Shown here: positions 38,419 through 48,006 of the stretch, in pieces
Numbering within the stretch: the stretch's first letter is position 1
Layout of the letters: each line of letters opens with the position of its first letter
Assembly: GCA_943356415.1 (NCBI GenBank)
Contig: CALREW010000001.1
Location: forward strand, 357,745-421,744
Length of the DNA stretch: 64,000 nt
Reading direction: 5' to 3'
Source of the DNA: Candidatus Nomurabacteria bacterium
GTDB taxonomy: Bacteria; Patescibacteriota; Minisyncoccia; Phycocordibacterales; SBAW01
Notes under the pieces: model-generated
The model's database searches: none
Told to the model about the DNA's origin: nothing
What the model saw: the letters and a program-made list of their open reading frames with translations, nothing else
Made by a program: the position numbers and the translations under genes

Positions 38419-39438
38419 GAGGATGGCTTGCGCTCCAATGGACGGATTGAGCGGCTGCAGCTCGTACTTCGGCCACTGCCGCTTAAAGAACTCGTCGAGC
38501 GGTTTGGGTTGCGCCAGCACCGGGTAGCCGCCCTGCATCATAAGCGGCGACTTCTTGAGACCCGCTTGGCGGAACAGCTCACTAGCCGTGCTCTGGTTCC
38601 AGAGCGTGAGGGCAAGCTTCCCCGCCGTTGCCGGCCGCATCAAAGTCGAACTGTAGCCGGACGCCACGCCGTCGGCGTACTGGATGATCTCGTCGGTCGG
38701 CTCGGACATCATATGGACGCGGCCGCACATCGTGAGCGGCTCGAGCACCCGGTCACACCACACGCCCCAGGTCGTCCCATCTTCCCGCAGGACATCCTTG
38801 AACTTCGGATGGAACTTCGGGATCAGGATGACACGCTGCGAGGTTTCCAGGATCGAGCTGACCAGATGACGGAGTGCCGGATCGGCATCCGGGCCACCGT
38901 CAGGATAGACGAGCAACTTGTCGCTCGCCTTCTCGCGAAGCGAGTCCATCCTCGCCTTGAGATCCGGGTTGGCCTTAACCGGTGTGATGCCGGCGAAGCC
39001 AACCTGTACGATCGAGACTTGTCTGCCGGGCCACCGCTGCCGGACGAGCGTGTCGCTCACCGCGTCGATGGTGAGGTAGAGATCGGCGGGCTGCTCAGCC
39101 CGCTTTTCCACACCCCAGTAGTCCACAGCATGCACCAGAGGAACATGGTGCGAGAAGCTGCGTGCCTGCCGATCGAATTCGGCCTCCATCACGCGCGGCG
39201 AAGAGATGCCGGTGACGAGCGCGTCGGGGTTGAGCTTGACGAGGATGTCGCGAGGGGAATCGCCTTCGTCGACGAGTTGGTAGGGCTGCAGGCTCTCGTT
39301 GAGCTTTGCCGTCGCCCTGCCGTCCTTCTCGATGAGCAGATGTACTTCATGGCCGAGGCCGCGAAGTTCCTGGACCATGGGGAGCAGCACATTGGCTGGC
39401 CCCATGTCCCGAATGGCAACAACGATTCTCTTTTTCAA
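38404..39438 (-). CDS. GT-B fold protein with HP(K) motif; paralog of 21571..22605; TTG start
   Basis: FHPKFKD ... YADGVASGYSSTLMRPATAGKLAL. AGAGGTG upstream of the TTG start. Confidence 0.4.
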   Translation of the reverse strand: MKKRIVVAIRDMGPANVLLPMVQELRGLGHEVHLLIEKDGRATAKLNESLQPYQLVDEGDSPRDILVKLNPDALVTGISSPRVMEAEFDRQARSFSHHVPLVHAVDYWGVEKRAEQPADLYLTIDAVSDTLVRQRWPGRQVSIVQVGFAGITPVKANPDLKARMDSLREKASDKLLVYPDGGPDADPALRHLVSSILETSQRVILIPKFHPKFKDVLREDGTTWGVWCDRVLEPLTMCGRVHMMSEPTDEIIQYADGVASGYSSTLMRPATAGKLALTLWNQSTASELFRQAGLKKSPLMMQGGYPVLAQPKPLDEFFKRQWPKYELQPLNPSIGAQAILALLD

Positions 39439-39516
39439 GGCGCACCTCTAGTGCTAGGGTCAATTTCCAGAATGGACCGTACTACAAATTTTCTAAACCG
39501 TCAATAGAAAGGCTCC

Positions 39517-40587
39517 CTACGCTTTCGTAGTCCGAGCTGTATCAATCACATCCTCACAATATCTTTGTATATATTCCTTTTCAGTTTGGTACGGGTACGA
39601 ATGCAGAACTCCTGTGCGGGGACCTTCGGTACTCCATGTTTGAAGTGCTATAGAAAAATCTTGTTGCGCCACAACAGCTGCTCCCGCTTCACGTGCCACG
39701 CCAACATCGGTTGAAAGCACCGGCACGCCTGCCGCGAGCGCTTCGATAATAACCATGCCGTACCCTTCATACTCCGATGGCACAAGTACGATATCTGCAA
39801 GTTGGTAGTACGGAGCTGAATCAGTATCGCCTTCAAAGAAAACACTGCTCTGCACACCACGCTCTTTTGCTAAACGTTCGAGTGAGCGCCTCTCACTTCC
39901 TTCTCCCAAAATAATGAGGCACGAGTCGGGGATATGCGCGCGAGCAAATGCATCAACGGCAAGCGAAACATTTTTCTCTGCTTCAAGACGCGAAACAACA
40001 AGACATACTGTTTTGTACTGTGAAAATCGCGCAGTGAGTTCAACAGGAGCTTGCGCATTTTTAAAGCGTTCGATGTCAACAGAAATCGGAAGTACGCTAA
40101 TAGGCGCATTCACATTGAAATGCTCGAGCACATCACGCTTAGTACGTTCCGAGACTACACGAATTCCTGAAGCGTAGGAGAGCACTCTCCGCGCAATATG
40201 CATCCGCACTTTATTGAGTATTGAGCGTCTGAATGCAGGAGAAAAAAGATCGGTGTGTATTTGCACATGAAGCGGCACGGCAAAGTATTTCGCAAGCATG
40301 AGTCCAACAAGACCTGATTCGAACGGATCCTGTACCGATATAACGCTTGGTTCTGGAAGTTTCTTTCCAATACGCACCGCATCAGTGACGTAGAGGAGTC
40401 GCGATAAGGAGTTCGTTGGATACACCTCCAGTGATCCGTCTTTTACCTCACTCAAGCCCTGCGACGCGCGAGAAAAGACAATGATGTGAGAAGCCTCGAA
40501 ACACTGCGCGTATGCCCGCACTCGCTTCCCCGCCCGACTGGCAGGATCAAGAACTGTTCGATCACTTCCTATCGTGAGGACACGCAT
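39517..40587 (-). CDS. GT4 glycosyltransferase
   Basis: VLVPSEYEGYGMVIIEALAAGVPV (EX7E). Confidence 0.8.
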   Translation of the reverse strand: MRVLTIGSDRTVLDPASRAGKRVRAYAQCFEASHIIVFSRASQGLSEVKDGSLEVYPTNSLSRLLYVTDAVRIGKKLPEPSVISVQDPFESGLVGLMLAKYFAVPLHVQIHTDLFSPAFRRSILNKVRMHIARRVLSYASGIRVVSERTKRDVLEHFNVNAPISVLPISVDIERFKNAQAPVELTARFSQYKTVCLVVSRLEAEKNVSLAVDAFARAHIPDSCLIILGEGSERRSLERLAKERGVQSSVFFEGDTDSAPYYQLADIVLVPSEYEGYGMVIIEALAAGVPVLSTDVGVAREAGAAVVAQQDFSIALQTWSTEGPRTGVLHSYPYQTEKEYIQRYCEDVIDTARTTKA

Positions 40588-41585
40588 GTGGTAATCGCTT
40601 TAAGAAAGTCATCGGCAACCGCGTTCCAATCCCTCGTAAAGGTAAAGGCTTTGATCCGTCGCTCTATATCGGCATACACCTTCGGATCAAGGAGTGACTC
40701 GATTGCACGCGTAAGCGCTTCTTTATCTTGGGTATCAACAAAAATACCAGTGTTTCCAAGTCGCTCTGAAATGCCGGTGTCTTTCGTGCAAATAAACGGT
40801 TTGCCGTAAAGCACCGCATCAATGATCACGTTGGGCGAAACATCACTCACCGACGCAAGAACAACCGCATAGCAACTTGCGATGCGCGCACGATGTGCGT
40901 CTGCAGGAAGTGCGTGAAGATCGAGCGATACGTCGTCGTACTTCTTAACAAGTTCGTGGAATATCTGCATAAGGAGTCCCTCCTGTTTGAGCTTCATCGG
41001 CCGTCCCGCCGCAACAAAGTTTTTCTCTGTCGGTGGCGTCGAGGGACGTCGCGCGGGATATTCATTCTCGATAACGGTTGCTTGGGTAAGCGGAACGTCA
41101 TACACTCGCCGCCACAACTCAATCTGCCAACGCGAATTACACGCAAGCACATCTGCGTGCTTCAGAAGAAAGTGTGTACCACGATACACGATGCGCTCCT
41201 TCAAATTCCATTTGTCGCGTCGAGTGTCGTAAAATTCTGACAACTTCACCATGTCTCCCGTGCGTTCAACGTATTGTTCCCACAGGAAATCTCCTCCTAC
41301 ACGGACAATAAATGGTCTCCCCAAAATCTTTGCCGCAATAAGCGAAGGGATACCGACACTCCACGTATCAAATGCCAAAACGACATCAGCCCCAATAAGG
41401 GGCAAAAGTACTCGAAACAAATAGACGACATGTCTTACCCCGATAGGTAGTGCTAATTCGAGGCGCGTATAAGGAACTGTTGTGCATTTGATACCACGCT
41501 CGGAAAATCGTTCAGCAAGCTTCGCTGCATAGCGAGCGCCGCCTCCCATTTCATGTGCAAGTCCGGTTGAAAAAATGACTCGCAT
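40569..41585 (-). CDS. GT4/GT-B glycosyltransferase
   Basis: GT-B C-terminal domain. Start set to the internal Met (MRVIFSTG...). Confidence 0.7.
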   Translation of the reverse strand: MRVIFSTGLAHEMGGGARYAAKLAERFSERGIKCTTVPYTRLELALPIGVRHVVYLFRVLLPLIGADVVLAFDTWSVGIPSLIAAKILGRPFIVRVGGDFLWEQYVERTGDMVKLSEFYDTRRDKWNLKERIVYRGTHFLLKHADVLACNSRWQIELWRRVYDVPLTQATVIENEYPARRPSTPPTEKNFVAAGRPMKLKQEGLLMQIFHELVKKYDDVSLDLHALPADAHRARIASCYAVVLASVSDVSPNVIIDAVLYGKPFICTKDTGISERLGNTGIFVDTQDKEALTRAIESLLDPKVYADIERRIKAFTFTRDWNAVADDFLKAITTCVSSR

Positions 41586-41593
41586 AGCGTGAA

Positions 41594-42622
41594 TTACTGC
41601 TTGCCCTTCTCGAGAGAGAGGAGGAAACTTTTGTTCTCCAAGAACCAATCGACGAAGCGATCAACACCTGTCTCAATCGAGACTTTCGGTTCGTACCCGA
41701 GATCACGCTTCGCTTTCGAACAATCAGCGCGCATTTCCTTAACATCCCCCATCGGCATTGGTACCAGTTTTTTCTTTGTTACTTTGCCCATACGCTGCTC
41801 GATAAGCGAAATATATTTCTTGAGCGGCACAAGCTCAGAGCCTCCAAGATTATAGATACGATAGGAGCTCGTTGGTTTGATATCAATCAGTTTTAGAATT
41901 GAGTCAACAACATCACTGACATAGGTGAAGCATCGCTTCATATTGCCGTAGTTATACAAAGAGAGCGTTTCGCCGTTCATAATCTGTTTTGAGAATATAA
42001 AGAGCGACATGTCAGGTCTCCCCCACGGACCATAGACTGTAAAAAACCGAAGTCCGATAGTTTCGATGCCGAAGAGATGGTTATATGCGCGTGCAAGCAC
42101 TTCAACCCCCCGCTTTGATGCTGCGTAGAGCGATATGGGCGAATTAACATCACTCTTCTCCTCCGCAAGAGCTCCAGCATTATTCTTGCCGTAGACCGAG
42201 CTCGAAGAAGCGTAGATCACGCGCTTGAGCTTAAGACGACGCACCACTTCAAAGACGTTTAGTGAACCGATGTAATTGCTCTCAGCGTACGCCCACGGAT
42301 CGATAAGTGAGTAGCGAACCCCCGCCTGCGCAGCGAGGTGCACAATCTCGTCCGGCTTTTCTTTCTTTACGATTGCTTCAAGATCTTTGTAGACCGTGAT
42401 GCTCTTTTTATAAAACGTGAACTTCGGGTGTCGTTTGAGAAACGAGAGTCGCTTGTGCTTCATACGCACGTCGTAGTAATCCGAAATGCAGTCAACACCT
42501 GCCACCGAATATCCTTGAGAAAGGAGTTCTTCGCAAAGATGATATCCAATGAAACCGGCAGCGCCGGTCACCAAAATATGCTTGTTTTTAGGTGTCTTTT
42601 TGGCCTTTAACATACGCATCAA
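41594..42622 (-). CDS. UDP-glucuronate 4-epimerase-type NAD-dependent epimerase (SDR extended family)
   Basis: ILVTGAAGFIGYHL, YAASK, and the GAE-typical RFFTVYGPWGRPDM. Confidence 0.8.
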   Translation of the reverse strand: MMRMLKAKKTPKNKHILVTGAAGFIGYHLCEELLSQGYSVAGVDCISDYYDVRMKHKRLSFLKRHPKFTFYKKSITVYKDLEAIVKKEKPDEIVHLAAQAGVRYSLIDPWAYAESNYIGSLNVFEVVRRLKLKRVIYASSSSVYGKNNAGALAEEKSDVNSPISLYAASKRGVEVLARAYNHLFGIETIGLRFFTVYGPWGRPDMSLFIFSKQIMNGETLSLYNYGNMKRCFTYVSDVVDSILKLIDIKPTSSYRIYNLGGSELVPLKKYISLIEQRMGKVTKKKLVPMPMGDVKEMRADCSKAKRDLGYEPKVSIETGVDRFVDWFLENKSFLLSLEKGKQ

Positions 42623-43821
42623 CCTACCACAGATGCACTAGGCGAACCACCGCGCAGAATTTCTCGCATCTCCTCGGAAATCAGCTCCCACCCGTACCGC
42701 TCACGAACTAAACGGAGTCCCCCTTCAGCAATACGATTCGCCTCGATAGGCTGTTCAATAATGCGAGAAATTGCCGAGACAACTGCCCCGGCATTATTAG
42801 GTAGAACAACAAATCCAGTCTCTTGGTCACGGAGAAAATCCGGTATACCTCCAACACTTGTCCCAATAGTGGGCAACCCGGAAGCCATTGCTTCAATAAA
42901 TGAGATGCCCTGCCCTTCCGAGCGTGAGGCGCGGATAAAGCTATCGGCTGACGCCAAGTAATCAGGCAAGTCTTTCTGGGATATCTCGCCGAGGAAGGTA
43001 ACGCGGTCGGTGACGCCACGGGTACGTGCGAGCACTTCAAGCTGCGTGCGCTCTGGCCCGTCACCCGCTATGGCGAAACGAACTCGCGAAGGAAGTTCCC
43101 CCATCGCTTCAATAACAATATCTACGCCATTTTTTGGAACGAGACGTGACACGGTGATGAGCAGGTGTTCATCCTCTTTTGCATTCATCTGTTGTCTACG
43201 CTCACTGCGGCGCGCCGGCGCAATAGGTTTTCCAAAGCGACTAAGATCGACGCCGTTTGGAACAACTTTCACTCGCCGCGCGCCCATACGCTTTGCCCAA
43301 TCTCCCAAAAAGTTTGAGAGCGTCTGGACCGCGTCAGCACGAGTGAATGCCGCTCTAAACAATGGTCCAAAAATGCGCATCTGTCGCTCGATGTGCTCCG
43401 GCGGGTCTCCTTCTTGGAGCGTGAGCAAATAAAAAACCTTCGAGTGGAAACGCTTAAAGAGGCCTGCCGGTACACCCGCTGAATGTGCCATCATTCCCCA
43501 CACAATGTTGTATTGGTACGTTCGATTGAGCGACCGAGCTTTAAGATACGCAGCAATCTGAAACCAGATTTTTAATACACGGAAAAATGGTTTGCGTAAG
43601 TCAGCAATGCTCGGACTTGGAAGAGAAGGTCCAATGCGATGGACCAACACATTCCCCTCTCTCGATATGCGCGGCAGTTTTGAGTCATAGCGCAGCGTCA
43701 CCATATGAAACTCGAACTCGTCGCTGAGACGGTCCGTGAGTTCTTTGAGGGCCACTTCAGCCCCGCCGACGAAGCGAGGAAAGTAGGCCATCGAAATAAT
43801 GAGTACTTTTGGTTTATTCAT
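42619..43821 (-). CDS. GT4 glycosyltransferase
   Basis: RSEGQGISFIEAMASGLPTIGT. Confidence 0.8.
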   Translation of the reverse strand: MNKPKVLIISMAYFPRFVGGAEVALKELTDRLSDEFEFHMVTLRYDSKLPRISREGNVLVHRIGPSLPSPSIADLRKPFFRVLKIWFQIAAYLKARSLNRTYQYNIVWGMMAHSAGVPAGLFKRFHSKVFYLLTLQEGDPPEHIERQMRIFGPLFRAAFTRADAVQTLSNFLGDWAKRMGARRVKVVPNGVDLSRFGKPIAPARRSERRQQMNAKEDEHLLITVSRLVPKNGVDIVIEAMGELPSRVRFAIAGDGPERTQLEVLARTRGVTDRVTFLGEISQKDLPDYLASADSFIRASRSEGQGISFIEAMASGLPTIGTSVGGIPDFLRDQETGFVVLPNNAGAVVSAISRIIEQPIEANRIAEGGLRLVRERYGWELISEEMREILRGGSPSASVVG

Positions 43822-43848
43822 TCCACAGAGACGTACACGCGTATCCTA

Positions 43849-45339
43849 TCAGAGCAACTCGTACTCTTCTGCTTCTTTATCAGCGGTAGCAACAGCGCTA
43901 GGTGATTCAGAAACACTGGAAAGACGTGTAGCTGCAATAGCTCCCGCACCGAGTGCACTTAAACTTACCGCCCCTGCAAACCAGAGCAAGAGATTTGATT
44001 CACTCGTACCCTCCGTAGACATCGGTGCCGTGACAAGGGCGGCAGCGGCACCAGCTACCGATTCAAGCGCTTTAGGAACCGGCTCAATATCAGGCTCTTC
44101 CTGAGGAGGAACAAAAAGTGGTGCGTACGAGGCAGGGGGTTCTTCAGCAATCGAGAAATGCTCGAGTGCCGCTTCTACTGGGCTCGCCTCCTCCCCATTT
44201 GGGTACAGGAGGCGCGCCAGCCCTTCTGCCGGAAGCCCCGTTGTCTGGAGCGGGAGGCGTACCCCTTCACCTGCAAGAATTGCGGTGTTTTTTGGGAATC
44301 GGAAACGCACGCCCACACGATCAACTTGCCACAGTGAAATATCGAGATCCTTCTCTCCTTTATTCAACACGGAAAGGGTGCCGTCCGTTTCCGCGCGAAG
44401 TAGCACCTCAGCCGGATGCGCTTCTGCCACAAAACGCTCTTCTGCAGTGTATTCACCGACAGATGCTATGGCCGAGACACGGTACCGCCCGGGATAGCGA
44501 TAAAAGTACTGGACCGAGCGACCTTCACGAGTGTCTCCATTGCCAAACGTCCAAACCACTCGCGCGTCTGGAACCAACTTGCCTTCAATGCCATACACCT
44601 CTGCAGAAAAAATGGAATCTGCCCCAACCGTTGTCAGTCGGTCTCCTCCTGCGTGAATACTGATTGAACGTACCGGAGTAGCAACCTGGGCTACCGCTGT
44701 TGTGTTTGTCGCACTCTGCGTTGAGGACGTACCGCTATCTTCTTGTGACGACGATGTCGAGGATGATCCTCCTGATGAAGTTCCCGGCGAAGGTGTTTGT
44801 GCTACGAACACGCTTCCGCTGCGACCAAGACTCTTCCCATCACCTTGCGCGCCCATACTTGAGGCATACGTTGCCGTGTCTTCCTCTGCATCGGCGCCGT
44901 TTTTTATACCAAGCGTCTCACCAGAATTGCTCAGCGAGAAAGAGCTGTCGAAAAGTTTGCCCGTAAACTGAGGCCAATCGAGTAAAAACTTTGCTGGCGT
45001 GACTGCAATAACAGCCACCTCCCCAGGTGCCAGTATCGTTGTGCCCTGCACCGATACCAGTGAATGATTCGTTGCCGCTTCGAAAAGTTTGAACGAAGCA
45101 ATATCAACCGATGTTGAACCAGCGTTAATGACCTCTATCCATTCACGGTCAGTATCAGTGCCTTCAACGTCATACATGATTTCGTTGATAAGCACGTTTG
45201 CGGACACAGACACCGGCAATACTGCACTTGCCACTATGGTAGACAATAAGATTGTGGTCCGTCGTGAAGACTCAGACAAAAACTTTCTGTTGAAACAGAG
45301 CTGCTCCGAAATCTTAGACAAAGCAGACGAGATCTCCAT
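43849..45339 (-). CDS. cell-surface protein with lamin-tail domain (LTD), N-terminal signal/anchor and C-terminal TM anchor
   Basis: VLINEIMYDVEGTDTDREWIEVIN LTD signature. Ser/Thr-rich linker. C-terminal hydrophobic segment then EEYELL. Confidence 0.65.
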   Translation of the reverse strand: MEISSALSKISEQLCFNRKFLSESSRRTTILLSTIVASAVLPVSVSANVLINEIMYDVEGTDTDREWIEVINAGSTSVDIASFKLFEAATNHSLVSVQGTTILAPGEVAVIAVTPAKFLLDWPQFTGKLFDSSFSLSNSGETLGIKNGADAEEDTATYASSMGAQGDGKSLGRSGSVFVAQTPSPGTSSGGSSSTSSSQEDSGTSSTQSATNTTAVAQVATPVRSISIHAGGDRLTTVGADSIFSAEVYGIEGKLVPDARVVWTFGNGDTREGRSVQYFYRYPGRYRVSAIASVGEYTAEERFVAEAHPAEVLLRAETDGTLSVLNKGEKDLDISLWQVDRVGVRFRFPKNTAILAGEGVRLPLQTTGLPAEGLARLLYPNGEEASPVEAALEHFSIAEEPPASYAPLFVPPQEEPDIEPVPKALESVAGAAAALVTAPMSTEGTSESNLLLWFAGAVSLSALGAGAIAATRLSSVSESPSAVATADKEAEEYELL

Positions 45340-45350
45340 GCGCGTCCGCC

Positions 45351-47249
45351 TTACTCTTCGTCGTCGCGAATCATGTTCTTAAGTACCTCCTCCGGCAACT
45401 CAGCTGGTTTGCGTGATGAAGATTGAACTGGCGCCTCTTCTTTCTTCCTTGGCTGAGTCGGTGCGTCGTCGAGACTGAGTTCCGGACCCACGTCCGGTGG
45501 AGCTTTAGGCTTAGCGGCAGGAGCTACTCGATTGAGCGCCTCGCCAAGCTTCTCACTTGTCGCTTTAGCAAGCGCATCCTTCAACGAATTCGTACCTTCA
45601 AGTGGTGGTCGATTAGGCTTCACTTCCGGTCTAACTGACTGGGCAGCAGGTCTCGGTGGGCGATTTTCATGACGACGCTCTGCTGGCACTGGAGGACGAG
45701 GTGGGTGGGATGCTTGGGGAGCTTTTTGTGTTACCGGTGGGCGAGGCGCAGAAGGACGCGGCGCTGCTGGGCGAGGAGAAGAGGTCGGGCCCAACACGGC
45801 CGCAGCCTGCTTAGCTATAAGGTCTTGGGAACGTACGCCTCGAGGAGTAAACGCCGGTCCCGGAGGGATGCCGAGCGCGTCGCGTTCTGCGCGACGAGCA
45901 TCCCGTTCCTTCTTTTTTTCAGCCTCCTTTGCAAGCTCAGTCTCAGAAGGAGCAAGTGCATCGTCTTGCCATTCATCAATACTTTTCTCTACATTAGCGC
46001 GCGGGGCGCCGTAGGTGCGTCGTGAAAATGCAATTATTTCATCGACATGCATCGTTGGTGGCGCATCAAACGGTGGCAGCGTTGCTGCTGAAAATGGCGC
46101 AGAACCTACACCATCTATTTGTAAGGTGAGGTATATCTGTGCTTTTCCAAGATTAACCAGGTCCGTTGCTTCAAACTTTGGTTTGAATATGGTTTCCAAT
46201 ACTTCAGCATCAAACGGCCCCACTCGGAAGGTTGCTGTAGTGCCGACGTTGCCGAATACCGCATCGCGCACTTCTTCCTCCATTTGCTCAATATACTGGT
46301 GCGCAATAATAAGATTGAGTTTATATTTTCGCGCTTCAGAGAGAATGTCAGCGAATGATTCATTTGCGAATGACTGGAACTCGTCTACGTAGAAATAGAA
46401 CGACGAAGTCTCAGCCATCTTCCCAGCTGAGAGATCCGCACGTGACATCGCTGCAAGATATATCTTGGTCACCAACATTGAACCTAGGAGCGACGCATTT
46501 CCCTCTCCGACACGCCCTTTTGAGAGGTTGATGATCATGATCTTTCTCTCGTCCATCATCTGACGGATATCGAAAGAAGACTTTGGCTGGCCGATGATAT
46601 TGCGAATCAGAGGATTCGATGTGAACTGACCTATTTTATTTTGGATTGCAGGCGTGGCCTCCTGAGTGTAACGATCACCGTAGTTGGCGAACTCATCTAC
46701 CCAGAAACTCTTAACCGTCGTATCGGTTATATTCTCAACAACTTTCTTACGGAAATTCTTGTTGATGAGCATGCGGTTCACATCAAGGAGTGTCGAGTCC
46801 GGATATTCAAGCAATGCAAGTAGCGTGTTGGAGAGGATGTATTCCATACGCGCACTCCATGCATCTACCCAAATCTTGCGGAACGCAGACATGAGTCCAG
46901 AGACCACCAAGTGACGTTTGTCATAGCCGACGTCCTCCATGACGTTAAAGGCAATGGGGTATTCCATATCAAACGGCGCAAAGTAGAGCACGTCGTTGAT
47001 GCGGTCCTCCGGTACGTACTCCAACAGTTTGTCAGCAGTTGAGCCGTGTGGATCGATAAAGGCGACGCCCTCTCCATTGCGGATATCTTGTATTGCCATG
47101 TTCTCAAGCATGGTCGATTTACCCATGCCCGTCTTGCCGATGACGTACATGTGCTTCGCACGATCAATACGCTTGATACCGAAGGGTATCTTTTGGCCTC
47201 GGGAGTCGGTCGAGGCAAAGTACGTTATTTTGCCCGGGTCTTCACGCAT
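45351..47249 (-). CDS. TraD/VirD4-like (type IV coupling protein family) P-loop ATPase with Pro/Ala-rich disordered C-terminus
   Basis: Walker A GKTGMGKST. TraG/TraD-family organization. The last ~170 aa are low-complexity PRP/PAA repeats. Confidence 0.5.
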   Translation of the reverse strand: MREDPGKITYFASTDSRGQKIPFGIKRIDRAKHMYVIGKTGMGKSTMLENMAIQDIRNGEGVAFIDPHGSTADKLLEYVPEDRINDVLYFAPFDMEYPIAFNVMEDVGYDKRHLVVSGLMSAFRKIWVDAWSARMEYILSNTLLALLEYPDSTLLDVNRMLINKNFRKKVVENITDTTVKSFWVDEFANYGDRYTQEATPAIQNKIGQFTSNPLIRNIIGQPKSSFDIRQMMDERKIMIINLSKGRVGEGNASLLGSMLVTKIYLAAMSRADLSAGKMAETSSFYFYVDEFQSFANESFADILSEARKYKLNLIIAHQYIEQMEEEVRDAVFGNVGTTATFRVGPFDAEVLETIFKPKFEATDLVNLGKAQIYLTLQIDGVGSAPFSAATLPPFDAPPTMHVDEIIAFSRRTYGAPRANVEKSIDEWQDDALAPSETELAKEAEKKKERDARRAERDALGIPPGPAFTPRGVRSQDLIAKQAAAVLGPTSSPRPAAPRPSAPRPPVTQKAPQASHPPRPPVPAERRHENRPPRPAAQSVRPEVKPNRPPLEGTNSLKDALAKATSEKLGEALNRVAPAAKPKAPPDVGPELSLDDAPTQPRKKEEAPVQSSSRKPAELPEEVLKNMIRDDEE

Positions 47250-47276
47250 ATGCAGTTGAAGTATATCAAAGAGATC

Positions 47277-48002
47277 CTAGCTCTTGGTGCGCAGAAAGAC
47301 GCGTTTTAACTCGTCACCATCTCGTAGTTCCTCGGCGCTCTTCTCAAGCACAACCTTTCCATACGCAAGTACGTATGCGCGCTCCGCAACTGAGAGTACT
47401 GAAGCAATGCTGTGTTCTACGATAACGACCGCAATAGAACGGAGACGGTGTATCTCTTGTATAAGCGTAAATACTTCTTTCACTATTTTTGGCGAAAGAC
47501 CGAGCGATGGCTCATCAAGAAGAAGCACCCGCGGATCAGATATAAGCGCCCGAGCAATGGTGAGCATCTGTTGTTGACCGCCAGAGAGAAGTCCCGCTCG
47601 CTCGTGTCTCTTTTCTTTCAGGATTGGAAATATTGAAAATACTTCTTCTATCGCGCCACGGACATCTGCACGGTTAGGAAGAACGTAGCCGCCGAGCTCG
47701 AGATTCTCGAACACCGTGAGGCTTTTAAACACTTGTCTGCCTTGTGGCACATACGCGATGCCGCGGGCAACCATTTCGTGGGCGCGCGGTGTAAGTTCTT
47801 GTCCATGTAGATACACACCTCCTTTCGATAACGGTGCGATGCCAAGAAGTGCTTTGAGTACCGTGGACTTCCCTGCTCCGTTGGGGCCCATTAAGGCAAC
47901 AATTTCTCCCTCATCAATACGAATATTGACTCCTTCGAGCGCACGTATACCGCCGTAGTCAACCGTTGCATCGCGCAGTTCAAGTAAAAGTTCTTGCTTC
48001 AT
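47277..48002 (-). CDS. livF: branched-chain amino acid ABC transporter ATP-binding protein LivF
   Basis: GPNGAGKST...LSGGQQQML...LLLDEP. Start set to the internal Met. Confidence 0.85.
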   Translation of the reverse strand: MKQELLLELRDATVDYGGIRALEGVNIRIDEGEIVALMGPNGAGKSTVLKALLGIAPLSKGGVYLHGQELTPRAHEMVARGIAYVPQGRQVFKSLTVFENLELGGYVLPNRADVRGAIEEVFSIFPILKEKRHERAGLLSGGQQQMLTIARALISDPRVLLLDEPSLGLSPKIVKEVFTLIQEIHRLRSIAVVIVEHSIASVLSVAERAYVLAYGKVVLEKSAEELRDGDELKRVFLRTKS

Positions 48003-48006
48003 ACAC

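Noticed and set aside
37298-39507. Long plus-strand ORFs (37298-38314 and 38377-39507)
   Set aside because: They are antisense to two minus-strand island genes. GC-rich DNA generates long open frames on the opposite strand, and their products are Arg/Pro/Ala-rich low-complexity. The minus-strand genes carry coherent motifs and a shared 3' element.
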